This document shows, piece by piece, positions 49,721 through 59,820 of a stretch of 64,000 bases of DNA. The translations under genes and the position numbers were made by a program. Every line of letters starts with the position of its first letter. The first letter of the stretch is position 1. The notes under the pieces were generated by a model, which saw nothing but the letters and a program-made list of their open reading frames with translations, was not told the origin of the DNA and ran no database searches. This DNA comes from an uncultured Latescibacterota bacterium (GTDB lineage Bacteria; Latescibacterota; UBA2968): contig OX638329.1 in the NCBI GenBank assembly GCA_951812755.1, positions 6,315,407 through 6,379,406 of the forward strand, given 5' to 3'.

Positions 49721-52572
49721 TTTTTCGTCGTCCCTTCTTCTGGTAACAGGACAAATCGCGCGTAGTTTTCCATATTGAAATATTGCTGTGTTGCTTTTTG
49801 TACATGTTCTGCTGTGAGTTTTTTGATGACTTCGTCTTTGTAAATCAGCAGAACCATCAGATCCTGTTTCTGTTCGTAATACCAGCGGAGGGTGTTGAGC
49901 CAGTACCTATTTTCTTTTTCATCTGTTTCCCAACGCCGCAAATCCATCTCAGTCACTTTGTCGATGTAGGATTGATCGACGGGTTTTTGTTTCATACTGT
50001 CGATTTGGACAAAGACGAGTTGCGTCAATTCTTCCAATCGTTCGGGATCGCATCCAAAGCTGATTGATAGGCTGTACCTGCCTTCGGGCCAACGCGAACG
50101 AGATGTGCGCACACCAACGCCGTACGTGCCGCCCTCGTCTTCTCGGAGTACTTCCCGAAGTTTTATCTGCAAAACCTCGCCCATGGAATCATAAACATAC
50201 CGCTCAAATCGATCGTTGTAATCAATAGGTCCGGTGAAGATCAGCCGTGTGCTACTTTTGGGTTCCTGTCCCCGTTTCACTGTTTTTTCAATGACGCCTT
50301 TTGGTGCTTTGACGCCCGTGTCGCGCCAGGTTTCTCCGCGGTTGAGTGCGGGCAATCCGCCCAGATAGGTTTCTATTAGCGGTTTGATTTTTTCTGGCTC
50401 AAAATTGCCGACAAATACGAATGTGAAGTCACTGGCATCGGCAAATCGGTCTTTGTAAAATGCCAGCGATTTTTGCAGGTCCATTTCTCCCAGTATTTCG
50501 TTTGATAGCGGGCGGGATCTGACGTGGTATTGCGACATGGTAACTTGAATCGTATCGGAATAAGCAGTCGTTGGCCTCATATCCCGATTTTGCAACATGC
50601 CTCGATAGCGGTCCAGTAGTGCTTGAAATGCCAGAGAGTCTGCACGCGGTTCCGTGAAGATGAGATGGATGAGTTGAAACATGGTTTCTATGTCTTCGGG
50701 AGACGCACTGCCCGATACGCCCTCGCTGAGACTGCTGATGCGAGGCGACACGCGCACGACTTTGCCGGCGAGTTTTTTATTGAGTTCAATTTGATTGAAT
50801 TTGCCCAGACCACTTTCCATGATGGCTGATGTCGCCGTGGATGCCGCCATGTAATTTTCATCGCTTGATAGAGAATGACCGCCCGGGCTGAAGGATGTGA
50901 ACAGGATTTCATCGTTTTTGAAGTCCGTGGGCTTCATGACGACTTTTACCCCATTGCTCAATGCCCACTCGGTGACGCCAAAGGTGTCAATTGTCGTTTC
51001 GCGTATGACCTTTCCCGGCGTCGGCATATTCGCAATGAGGGGATCGTCAGATACATCTTCCCGATATGGTTCCACGTCTTTTTGTTGTACCGCGTTGATT
51101 ATGGTCAGCAGGTCAGCTTCGGAAGGTACAGATAGGCCATCCTTCTCGGGTGCGCTGACGACAATGACGCGGTTTTTGTCGGTAATCCATTCGCCGACGA
51201 GGCGGTTGATTTCTTCGACTTGAATGCCGGGGAGTAATTTTTGAAATAAATCGCGTTCGATTTCAATGCCCGGAATGGGTTCGTCTGTCAAAATATGACG
51301 GATGTATTCCGAAGCAAAACCGCGCGAACGGCGTCTGTCGCGTTCGCGATAAGATTGTTCGATGCTGCGCAACATGTTGGTTTTTAAGCGATCTACTTCG
51401 GGTTGCGTAAATCCGTGGCGTTGGACGCGAGTGGCTTCTATTAAGACGGCTTCCAGGCCGCGTTCAATTCCCCCTTCTTTGACGCCTGCGCCCAGGATGT
51501 ACGCCGCTTTGGTTCTGACGAAGTTTCCGCGACTGGATCCCGCGCCCAAAAATGGCGGATCGGGTTTTTTGGTCAGTTCGCTAAATCGCTGATTGAGCAT
51601 GCTGTTAAACATGTTGCGAATCAGCATGCTGCGATAATCTTCCACTGTTCCTTCGGGCGAGACATCTTGCATGAAATAAATAGCGATGGAAGACCGGGAA
51701 TTTTCCGGATCGGTTGTAATTGCAAAGAGGGTCTCTTCGTGATCGGGAACCGTATAGGCGGTTCGAGCACGCGGGTTCTCTGCTTTTGGAATTGGTTCAA
51801 AGGTTTTTTTGATCAGGGTTTCAATCGCGTCTGTTTGAAAGTCTCCCACTGCAATGACAGCCATGAGATCGGGGCGATACCAGTCGCGATAAAAGCGCGT
51901 GAGGGATTCGTGCTTAAATGTGTCGAGCAATGCTTTTTGACCGATGGGCAAACGCTCGGCATAACGCGAGTCTTTGAGCAAGACCGGCAATTGTTTGTCG
52001 CGCATGCGCGCTCCGGCTCCGCGTCCCGAACGCCATTCTTCAATGACCACACCTCTTTCTTTTTCGATTTCTTCGGGATCAAATTTTACCCGATGCGCCC
52101 AGTCGCCCAGGATGCGAAATGCTTTTTCCATGACTTCGGTGCTGTCGGTGGGCACGCGAAGCATATAGACGGTCTCGTCAAAGCTCGTATAGGCGTTTAA
52201 GTGCGCGCCAAAGCGCATGCCAATATTTTCGAGGAAATTGATTATTTCCTGTTTGGGAAAGTTGGCCGTGCCATTAAATGCCATGTGTTCGGCAAAGTGC
52301 GCCAGTCCCTGCTGGTCTCGATCTTCCAGAATGGATCCCGCATTGACTACGAGGCGCAATTCGGCGCGGTTCTCCGGTCGTTTATTTTCCCGGATGACGT
52401 AGCGAAGCCCATTTGCCAATTTGCCCGTTCGCACAGCAGGATCAATGGGCAGGGAGGGTGATGGTGGCGGTTGGGAAACTGGTGGTTGAGGTGTTTCAAC
52501 TTCTGTCTGTGTCGTTGCACACGAGGTTATGATACCCGCACAGCAAAGTAGAATAAAGTAGTTCCGCATCAT
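49717..52572 (-). CDS. pqqL: M16 zinc protease (PqqL-like), probable lipoprotein
   Basis: GLAHFAEHMAF inverted zinc motif, NAYTSFDETVY; lipobox ITSC. Confidence 0.9.
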   Translation of the reverse strand: MMRNYFILLCCAGIITSCATTQTEVETPQPPVSQPPPSPSLPIDPAVRTGKLANGLRYVIRENKRPENRAELRLVVNAGSILEDRDQQGLAHFAEHMAFNGTANFPKQEIINFLENIGMRFGAHLNAYTSFDETVYMLRVPTDSTEVMEKAFRILGDWAHRVKFDPEEIEKERGVVIEEWRSGRGAGARMRDKQLPVLLKDSRYAERLPIGQKALLDTFKHESLTRFYRDWYRPDLMAVIAVGDFQTDAIETLIKKTFEPIPKAENPRARTAYTVPDHEETLFAITTDPENSRSSIAIYFMQDVSPEGTVEDYRSMLIRNMFNSMLNQRFSELTKKPDPPFLGAGSSRGNFVRTKAAYILGAGVKEGGIERGLEAVLIEATRVQRHGFTQPEVDRLKTNMLRSIEQSYRERDRRRSRGFASEYIRHILTDEPIPGIEIERDLFQKLLPGIQVEEINRLVGEWITDKNRVIVVSAPEKDGLSVPSEADLLTIINAVQQKDVEPYREDVSDDPLIANMPTPGKVIRETTIDTFGVTEWALSNGVKVVMKPTDFKNDEILFTSFSPGGHSLSSDENYMAASTATSAIMESGLGKFNQIELNKKLAGKVVRVSPRISSLSEGVSGSASPEDIETMFQLIHLIFTEPRADSLAFQALLDRYRGMLQNRDMRPTTAYSDTIQVTMSQYHVRSRPLSNEILGEMDLQKSLAFYKDRFADASDFTFVFVGNFEPEKIKPLIETYLGGLPALNRGETWRDTGVKAPKGVIEKTVKRGQEPKSSTRLIFTGPIDYNDRFERYVYDSMGEVLQIKLREVLREDEGGTYGVGVRTSRSRWPEGRYSLSISFGCDPERLEELTQLVFVQIDSMKQKPVDQSYIDKVTEMDLRRWETDEKENRYWLNTLRWYYEQKQDLMVLLIYKDEVIKKLTAEHVQKATQQYFNMENYARFVLLPEEGTTKK

Positions 52573-52598
52573 GATATCTCCATAGAAGTAGTCAGTGG

Positions 52599-52904
52599 TG
52601 CATCGTGGCGTAAATCATGCCCCATATAGACATGAACAGCAAAACCTTCTGGATTACTGGCGTTGTGCCTACGGCGTGGCGGCTAAAACCATGCCGCAAT
52701 GACAATCGCAAGTAAGATTGATATGGGTAGTGCATCGTGGCGTAAGTCTTGCGACATATAGAAGTGAACATCAAAACCTTCTGGATTACTGGCGTTGTGC
52801 CTACGGCGTGGCGGCTTAAACCATGCCGCAATGACAACCGCAAGTCAAATTGATATGACCAGTTTCTTTTGCCGAGATGCAGTAGTCTCTTTTGCCGCGA
52901 TGAA
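52599..52904 (+). mobile_element. Nested MITE family B (inner copy 52731-52881 with GTAG duplication)
   Basis: Outer element matches uninterrupted copy 57648-57775; inner matches 24229-24378. Confidence 0.85.
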
Positions 52905-53014
52905 GTAGTCAGTAGTCAGTGGTCAGTTACCCGGACCTGGGTACAAGCTGATAGCTGCCCGTTAGCCTTTACTCTGTGTTCATCGGTGTTCATCGGTGGT
53001 TGCTTTTTCCGCAT

Positions 53015-54358
53015 TTATCCGCGCCATCCGTCTAATCCGCGATCAAGTTTGCGATGTGTAAATGTTTTTCCATTTTCGCCGATGTAATCGTCCGCAATAT
53101 GCCCGTCACCCGTTACCACATATTTGTAGATGACGAGACCTTCCAGACCGACGGGACCGCGGCTGTGCAGGCGGTTGGTGCTGATGCCCACTTCGGCGCC
53201 GAGGCCATAGCGAAATCCGTCGGCAAATCGGGTTGACGCATTGTGCATGACCGATGCCGAATCCACGGCTTGCAAAAATCTCTTCGCGGCTTGCTGGTCT
53301 TCGGTTACAATCGAATCGGTGTGGTGGCTGCTGTATTCGTTGATGTGGGCGATTGCTTCTTCGACCGAATCCACGATCTTGACCGATAGGACATAGTCGA
53401 GGTATTCGGTTGACCAGTCGGTGTCACTGGCCGGGGTCAGGGCATCTGCGCTGGCGGCGAGGTGCAGGGTGCGGGCGTCGCCGCGGATCAAGACGCCTTC
53501 GTCGGTGAGTTGTTGAATTGCCGTGGCGAAAAAGTGTCTGGCGATTTCGGCGTGTACCAGCAGGGTTTCGGCGGCGTTGCAAGCGGCTGCGTACTGTGTC
53601 TTGGAATCGATGGCGATACGCACTGCCTTTTTTAGATCGGCGTCCTTATCTACGTACACATGGCAGATGCCGTCGGCATGTCCCATGACGGGGATTTTGG
53701 TATTGTTCATGATGTGTTGCACGAGTTCATTGCCGCCGCGCGGAATGATCAGGTCGATGAGGTCGTGTAATTCGAGAATGCCCGCGACTTCTTCCCGCGC
53801 TTCCAGAAGATGTATCCATCCTTCGGGGATGCTGTCCAGTTTAGCCGTTGCAGCGACCATAATTTCGGCCATTGCGCGATTGGTGTGAAATGCTTCGCTG
53901 CCGCCTTTGAGCATGACGGCATTGCCCGATTTTAGACACAGGGTCGCAATTTGCACCAGTGCGTCGGGTCGCGATTCAAAGACCACGCCGATTACGCCGA
54001 TTGGGACGGTTACGCGATAGAGGTTCAGGCCTTCGTCCAATTCGGTCGCGGCTTGCGTTTTGCCAATGGGGTCTTCCTGGGCGGCGACACTGCGCACGCC
54101 AACTATTATTTCACTGTCCAGTTTTTCAGCATCTACTTTCAAGCGCTTGATCAGCGGGAGGGTGATTTCTCCCTGCGCCAGCATTTTTTCTGCTGCTGCC
54201 TGATCGCGTTTGTTGGCGTCTAAAATGCGGTCGCGATTCTCACTCAATGCCTGTGCTATGGCTTCAAGCCCGGCATTGCGCTGTTTTTCCGTGGTCTGAC
54301 TCAATACCAGAGCAGCCTGCCGCGCAGTTCTCGCCGCAGCTTTTATATCATCTGCCAT
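53015..54358 (-). CDS. proA: Gamma-glutamyl phosphate reductase
   Basis: FESRP, KGGSEA, IPRGG, CNAAET, NASTRFADG, GPVGL. Confidence 0.96.
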   Translation of the reverse strand: MADDIKAAARTARQAALVLSQTTEKQRNAGLEAIAQALSENRDRILDANKRDQAAAEKMLAQGEITLPLIKRLKVDAEKLDSEIIVGVRSVAAQEDPIGKTQAATELDEGLNLYRVTVPIGVIGVVFESRPDALVQIATLCLKSGNAVMLKGGSEAFHTNRAMAEIMVAATAKLDSIPEGWIHLLEAREEVAGILELHDLIDLIIPRGGNELVQHIMNNTKIPVMGHADGICHVYVDKDADLKKAVRIAIDSKTQYAAACNAAETLLVHAEIARHFFATAIQQLTDEGVLIRGDARTLHLAASADALTPASDTDWSTEYLDYVLSVKIVDSVEEAIAHINEYSSHHTDSIVTEDQQAAKRFLQAVDSASVMHNASTRFADGFRYGLGAEVGISTNRLHSRGPVGLEGLVIYKYVVTGDGHIADDYIGENGKTFTHRKLDRGLDGWRG

Positions 54359-54392
54359 GTTTCCTCCTGATTGGTTCTCGCTTTGGACTTTA

Positions 54393-54576
54393 GAAGCTGT
54401 TTTAAAATTAATACCTGATGTTACGCATGTCAGGCGTTTTGTCATGCTGAGCGTAGCCGAAGCATCTTTTCCACCTAAGTTGGTAAGAGATTCTTCGACT
54501 CCGCTACGCTCCGCTCAGAATGACAGCGCAATAGCGCATAGCTAAGAAGGGGCAAAATGAGTTTTAAAACAGTCTC
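54393..54576 (+). mobile_element. MITE family A copy 4, TTA duplication
   Basis: TTA at 54390-92 and 54577-79. Confidence 0.9.
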
Positions 54577-54609
54577 TTAAAAAAGTTTTATCGCATGACG
54601 AATAGGTTT

Positions 54610-54978
54610 TCAAACCAGATCCATTCCTTCTTTTAGTGCTTGAAGAACAAAAGTGTTTTTAGATATTCGCATCGCTTCCAGTTCGGAACGCGTGTACGCA
54701 AAAATATCTACACCGATCCCGACATCTTTGGGAACATAATAGACACTGCGTTCTCGAAAAGACAGCGCACTTTCCCGAAGCACCAGCAACACATCGGCAT
54801 CACTTCCGGGCACAGCATCACCGCGGGACAAAGAGCCGAATAGGACCACGCGCTCAATCTCGGGATGCCGGGTCTTCAGTATTTTCATCGCCTTCCGAAT
54901 CCGTTGGATCGTCTTTGGGCGGTTCAAATAGAAAACCCGAACAGAAGGTGATGATTTTTTTGGCGTTTGATACAGCAC
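54610..54978 (-). CDS. Minimal nucleotidyltransferase (MNT)
   Basis: LFGSLSRGD..PGSDADV; probable GTG start after GGAGAGG. Confidence 0.8.
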   Translation of the reverse strand: MLYQTPKKSSPSVRVFYLNRPKTIQRIRKAMKILKTRHPEIERVVLFGSLSRGDAVPGSDADVLLVLRESALSFRERSVYYVPKDVGIGVDIFAYTRSELEAMRISKNTFVLQALKEGMDLV

Positions 54979-55312
54979 GATCCGCCTCTCCTTGTGTATA
55001 GTATTCAAATGGCGCGCCCTGAGGGTGCGAATTGGGATACCGCGCCGGGATATAATGCTTGTCCAACTCTTTTGCCGCATCTAATAGGGCGGAGTCAGGC
55101 AGCGAAATATCGGGCAAAGCCTCTAATAGTGCCGCAACAGAATGCCCCCAGGCGACGGCACCGACTTTTTGAAAGACCGCCTTAACGGCTTTTTCAGCAC
55201 CTTGCTGAGCGGCAAAGCAGGCCCATTCATAATCGCCATGCTCTGTTGCCCTGCGAGCGTGGTCCAGGTCGCGTTCCCCCTGTCTAAACCAATCTGCGTG
55301 CCGACTTGCCAT
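54854..55312 (-). CDS. HEPN-domain protein
   Basis: W..Q...DL..A, YEWACF.AQQ.AEKA.KA, GHS, YIPARYP. Confidence 0.88.
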   Translation of the reverse strand: MASRHADWFRQGERDLDHARRATEHGDYEWACFAAQQGAEKAVKAVFQKVGAVAWGHSVAALLEALPDISLPDSALLDAAKELDKHYIPARYPNSHPQGAPFEYYTQGEADRAVSNAKKIITFCSGFLFEPPKDDPTDSEGDENTEDPASRD

Positions 55313-55321
55313 ACTTTTTCC

Positions 55322-55843
55322 CTATACCAGTTTTGAAAGGATTTCTGATGGAATGTGCGATTGTAGAAAAGGATACGTTTCAATGAGGCGAGCAATGTCG
55401 GCCAGATCTTTTTGCCGTTTGCTGCTGCGTCGGTCCGTATCCATCGCAGCCCATATTTTGCCCTGTAATGTATCTTCAAGGTGAGCAACTGGCAGTTCAA
55501 GACCGAGTATTTCGCGTGGTGCAGCGCGCTCTGGAAAATCAAAATACCGCGCATCTGTTTGTATCTGCACGCGCAAGTCAGACCCCTTCTGATACACGTT
55601 GAGGCTATGTGGAAATTGCTTTACCTGAAAGTTCGCTTCCAACAAGGCTACGACCTGTTGGAATTGTGCAATAGCGACGACCAGATCGAGGTCCAGACTG
55701 ACCACCGGCTCTACATAGGCATTGACAGCTTGACCACCAATTACGCAATACGCAATATCATGCTCTGCCAATAAGGCGATCAGGTTCTCTAAAAAATGGC
55801 TGTGATCCATTGTCACTGTTTTCCAAAAATCGAGTGCGTGCAT
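55322..55843 (-). CDS. Nucleotidyltransferase-fold protein (AbiEii-like)
   Basis: VIGG.AVN.Y.....DLDL, K..A..R...KDLADI. Confidence 0.7.
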   Translation of the reverse strand: MHALDFWKTVTMDHSHFLENLIALLAEHDIAYCVIGGQAVNAYVEPVVSLDLDLVVAIAQFQQVVALLEANFQVKQFPHSLNVYQKGSDLRVQIQTDARYFDFPERAAPREILGLELPVAHLEDTLQGKIWAAMDTDRRSSKRQKDLADIARLIETYPFLQSHIPSEILSKLV

Positions 55844-55900
55844 AGCATTTGCCTGTGAGAATAGCGGTTAGCCCCTATAATGACGGGCACGCTCCATAGA

Positions 55901-57376
55901 CTAAAAGAATTGCCGTTTTGTGTCAATCCACCGGCTGATTGTTACTTTTTGTCGGGTGAAAAACGAAATGCCTTCGGCGCCCTGTACGTGTAGATCACCG
56001 AAGAAAGAATTGTTCCACCCGGAAAATGGGAAGAATGCCATGGGCGCGGGGACGCCGATATTGATACCGACCATGCCGGCATTTACTTCGTGGCGAAATT
56101 TGCGCGCGGCTCCGCCACTGGATGTGAACAATACGGCTGCGTTGCCATATCCGCTGGCATTGCACCGGGCAATAGCCTCGCTCAGGTCGTCTGTGTGCAT
56201 GGTCGATAATACCGGTCCAAAAATTTCTTCCCGCGCAATGGACATCTGGGGTTTTACCCGATCGAAAATTGTCGCGCCCAGGTAGAAGCCATGCGGTGTT
56301 TCTTCGACCTGTACATCGCGACCATCTACGATCAGTTCTGCGCCTTCTTGCAGTCCGTTTTCGATATGTTGATGGATGCGGTGCAGATGCGTTTTGGTCA
56401 CTACCGGTCCCATATCTACACCGGGGTCGCGGTCGGTTGGTCCCACTCGAAATTCGCGTGCGATTTCACTGAGTGGTTCCAGAAAACGGTCGCCTGCACC
56501 TTCGGCACAGACGAGGACACTGCCGGCCATGCAGCGTTCGCCCGCGCAACCATAAGCGGAGCCCATGACGGCAGCTACAGTTGAATCCAGGTCGGCGTCG
56601 GGCAATACGATTAAGTAATTTTTTGCGCCACCGGCTGATTGCACGCGCTTGCCATTGCGCGTGGCAGTTTCATAGACATAGCGCGCTACAGGTGTTGAAC
56701 CGACAAATGAAATGGTTTTCACTTCGGGGTGGGCGAGCAGGGCATCTACCGCGTCTTTTCCGCCGTGTGCGATGTTGAATACGCCGGGCGGTAGGCCGGC
56801 TTCGGCCAATAATTCGCCAATTCGAATCGCACTCAAGGGCACGCGCTCCGATGGCTTTAATACGTAGGTGTTGCCACATACCAGAGCAATGGGCAATGTC
56901 CACATCGGTACCATAGATGGAAAGTTGAATGGCGTGATGCCTACCGATACACCCAAAGGTTGTCGAATGGTGTCGCAATCAATCCCCTGTGCAATATTTT
57001 CCAGCGAGTCGCCCATCAAGAGCGCGGGCGCACCACAGGCAAATTCTGCGACTTCGATTCCGCGTCGAATTTCACCCCGGGCATCTTCTATGGTTTTGCC
57101 ATTTTCGCGGGTTACAATTTGGGCCAATTCTTCGAAATGGGTTTCCATGAGTGCCACCAGTCGGAACATCACGCGCGCGCGGTCAACGGCTGGTGTATTC
57201 GCCCATTCGGGAAATGCGTCTGCGGCTGATTGCACTACGCGATCTATTTCTGACGCGCCACATAAGGGTGTTGCGGCAATTTCCGTTCCATCCGATGGGT
57301 TGTAAACAGGTACTGTTTCCGTTGCCTCAGATGTTACCCATTCGCCATTGAGCAATAATTTGACTGTCTCGGCCAT
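55901..57376 (-). CDS. mmsA: CoA-acylating methylmalonate/malonate-semialdehyde dehydrogenase
   Basis: ITPFNFP, SFVGSTP, GAKN, GCAGERCMA, GINIGVPAP. Confidence 0.92.
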   Translation of the reverse strand: MAETVKLLLNGEWVTSEATETVPVYNPSDGTEIAATPLCGASEIDRVVQSAADAFPEWANTPAVDRARVMFRLVALMETHFEELAQIVTRENGKTIEDARGEIRRGIEVAEFACGAPALLMGDSLENIAQGIDCDTIRQPLGVSVGITPFNFPSMVPMWTLPIALVCGNTYVLKPSERVPLSAIRIGELLAEAGLPPGVFNIAHGGKDAVDALLAHPEVKTISFVGSTPVARYVYETATRNGKRVQSAGGAKNYLIVLPDADLDSTVAAVMGSAYGCAGERCMAGSVLVCAEGAGDRFLEPLSEIAREFRVGPTDRDPGVDMGPVVTKTHLHRIHQHIENGLQEGAELIVDGRDVQVEETPHGFYLGATIFDRVKPQMSIAREEIFGPVLSTMHTDDLSEAIARCNASGYGNAAVLFTSSGGAARKFRHEVNAGMVGINIGVPAPMAFFPFSGWNNSFFGDLHVQGAEGISFFTRQKVTISRWIDTKRQFF

Positions 57377-57434
57377 GATGATCTCCGGTCTATAAGGTGA
57401 GAGGTGAGACGACCACCCAGCCCCCAGTCCCTAA

Positions 57435-57573
57435 GAGACTGTTTTAAAACTCATTTTGCCCCTTCTCAGCTATGCGCTATTGCCCTGTCATGTGGAAAAG
57501 ATGCTTCGGCTACGCTCAGCATGACAAAACGCCTGACATGCGTAACATCAGGTATTAATTTTAAAACAGCTTC
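57435..57573 (-). mobile_element. MITE family A copy 5 (internally deleted), TAA duplication
   Basis: TAA at 57432-34 and 57574-76. Confidence 0.9.
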
Positions 57574-57647
57574 TAAGCGATCAGCAGGCAGCCTAACCAA
57601 CCTCCAAGCGTGCGCCTTACTCCCAATTCCTAATTTTTAATTCCTAA

Positions 57648-57775
57648 TTCATCGCGGCAAAAGAGACTACCCATATCAATCTTACTTGCGATTGTCATTG
57701 CGGCATGGTTTTAGCCGCAATCCAGAAGGTTTTGCTGTTCATGTCTATATGGGGCATGATTTACGCCACGATGCA
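57648..57775 (-). mobile_element. MITE family B copy, CTAA duplication
   Basis: CTAA at 57644-47 and 57776-79. Confidence 0.85.
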
Positions 57776-57789
57776 CTAATTCCTAATTC

Positions 57790-59241
57790 TCATCCGTGTT
57801 GCCGAAATTTTGGTGTTTCGCCGGGTACGGGCGAGTTGTCAAATGCACCCCGATGAATGACTGCCTCTTGGCCCCCCAGGGAATCGATCATTTCTCGTTG
57901 CGAGGCTTTGGCCTGGGTATCGACAGCTTCGGGATCGATGAGGTCGCGCAATTCGCGTTCGAAATTTTCCAGCACATCCTGGTGATCGGGTGACTGCGCG
58001 AGATCGCGGCACTCTTCTGGGTCATCCGTGGTATCGAATAGTTGCGGCGGATTATTGACGTAATATATGTATTTGTATTGTCGATTTCGCAACATATACG
58101 CCCCGTGCTGTGCGCCTACCGCATGATATTCGCTAAATACCGTGCGGTCGCGGTCTTCTTCCTGTGCGATTGTCCACAGTGACTCGCCCGGCAAATCCTC
58201 GTCTGCTTCGGTTTGTTGCGCGCCCACGGCTTCCAAAATTGTCGGAAAGCTATCGACGAGCGAGACAGGTGTTTCCACGACTTTGCCCGCGGGGACATCG
58301 GGACCTGCCATCAAAAATGGCACGGCGGCCGATTCTTCATACATGGTAAATTTGCCGTAAATACCGCGTCCACCCAGGTGTTCACCGTGGTCTGTCGTAT
58401 AGATTATGCGCGTTGTATCGGTCAATTCCAATTCGTCCAGTGTATTTAGCACCCGACCAATTTGCTGGTCCAGGTACGTACATACGCCGTAATACGCCGC
58501 ATTTAGCTGTCGCACGATGGCCTCGGGGAATTGGGGATCAAATGTGAAAAGTCGCCTGAAATAGTCCATTGCGGGATGATCGGGCCAATCCTCTGTGCGC
58601 CATTGCGGCGGCATGGGCAATTCGTCCGGGTCGTAGATGTCGTATGTATCTGGCGGCGAAATATACGGCGGGTGTGGGCACACAAATGACAAAAACAGAC
58701 ACCAGGGTTTTTCTTCGTGCTGATGTTCTTGTAACCACTTTATGGCGTGGTCTGCATTGCGCTGGTCGTATTGCAAATAGGTCGAGTCGCCAGGTCCCGC
58801 TTCTCGAATTCCCGGTCGTTTGTTGCGAAAGGGCGGCTGTTCCCGGATGCAGCCCAGTACATCGCCTGTGCCATCGACGACGTTTAATGGCTCGATTTCT
58901 TCGGTGAATCCGTGATCTGTGCCCTGGCCCTTAAAGTGCAATTTGCCAATTGATGTGGCGTTAAAACCCTGCTCGCGCAAGCGGTGGTGCCAGCTTGGCG
59001 TGTTTCCGGTGTATGGATGTCCGTTGTCCCAGTTGCCAATTTGATGCACGTAGCGTCCCGTGGCCAGAGATGCGCGCGCTGGCACGCAAATTGGAAAGTT
59101 GGTGTAGGCATTGGTAAACCGCGTGCCCTGTTCGGATAGCCGATCCAGGTTGGGCGTTTGTACCATCGGATGCCCATAACATCCGAGCAGGTTGCGATTG
59201 TGTTGATCGGAGATGATGTACAGCATGTTTGTCTGTTGCAT
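57790..59241 (-). CDS. Choline-sulfatase-like sulfatase
   Basis: SDQH, CVPARAS, GKLHF, TDHGE, SEYHA. Confidence 0.92.
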   Translation of the reverse strand: MQQTNMLYIISDQHNRNLLGCYGHPMVQTPNLDRLSEQGTRFTNAYTNFPICVPARASLATGRYVHQIGNWDNGHPYTGNTPSWHHRLREQGFNATSIGKLHFKGQGTDHGFTEEIEPLNVVDGTGDVLGCIREQPPFRNKRPGIREAGPGDSTYLQYDQRNADHAIKWLQEHQHEEKPWCLFLSFVCPHPPYISPPDTYDIYDPDELPMPPQWRTEDWPDHPAMDYFRRLFTFDPQFPEAIVRQLNAAYYGVCTYLDQQIGRVLNTLDELELTDTTRIIYTTDHGEHLGGRGIYGKFTMYEESAAVPFLMAGPDVPAGKVVETPVSLVDSFPTILEAVGAQQTEADEDLPGESLWTIAQEEDRDRTVFSEYHAVGAQHGAYMLRNRQYKYIYYVNNPPQLFDTTDDPEECRDLAQSPDHQDVLENFERELRDLIDPEAVDTQAKASQREMIDSLGGQEAVIHRGAFDNSPVPGETPKFRQHG

Positions 59242-59268
59242 AAAAACCTCATAGAAGGGTGGTCAGCA

Positions 59269-59793
59269 TTATTTTTTCCATAAATTCATTACAGCACCAT
59301 TTATTCCAAAGACCGGATCGGAAGCGGGCATTGGTACTTTGGGTATATTTTCCAGCGCGTGTCTGTGTTCACGGGCACTTTCTCGACATAAGTCCGGGTG
59401 CTGTCCATCGGGATACGCGCCTACGACCAATAGATCTGAACTCGCGCCCAAATTTTTGTGTCCCACGCCTGCGGGAACAACCATGACATCGCCCGGTCCG
59501 ATTGTCAAACGCACACCCTGTTCACCACCCATGCACACTCTGGCACTTCCCTGCGCGATGCCCAGCACTTCGTGCGCTGTGGCGTGGTAGTGGTGAAAGG
59601 AATAAATACCGTTGCGCCATGAACGCGACCAGCGATTGGCCGCAAATACCTGCTCAAATGCCCGCGCGGGGTCGTCTTCGGGCAATGATAGGGCAGCTTG
59701 ATAGACTATGAGAGGGAAAGCGCTGTTTGGAACCACACCGTCGTCTTGAAAATAATGCGGTGTTATCTGTGCGTCTTTTTGGATGAACTGCAT
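59269..59793 (-). CDS. Cupin (YjlB-like) protein
   Basis: HHYHATAHEVLG, GDV.V.PAGVGH. Confidence 0.88.
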   Translation of the reverse strand: MQFIQKDAQITPHYFQDDGVVPNSAFPLIVYQAALSLPEDDPARAFEQVFAANRWSRSWRNGIYSFHHYHATAHEVLGIAQGSARVCMGGEQGVRLTIGPGDVMVVPAGVGHKNLGASSDLLVVGAYPDGQHPDLCRESAREHRHALENIPKVPMPASDPVFGINGAVMNLWKK

Positions 59794-59820
59794 AAACTTT
59801 TCCTTTGGATACAGGGGATT

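Noticed and set aside
54359..54545. proA N-terminal extension and small ORFs in MITE A copies (3791, 44780, 49293, 57404)
   Set aside because: Translations of the repeat itself
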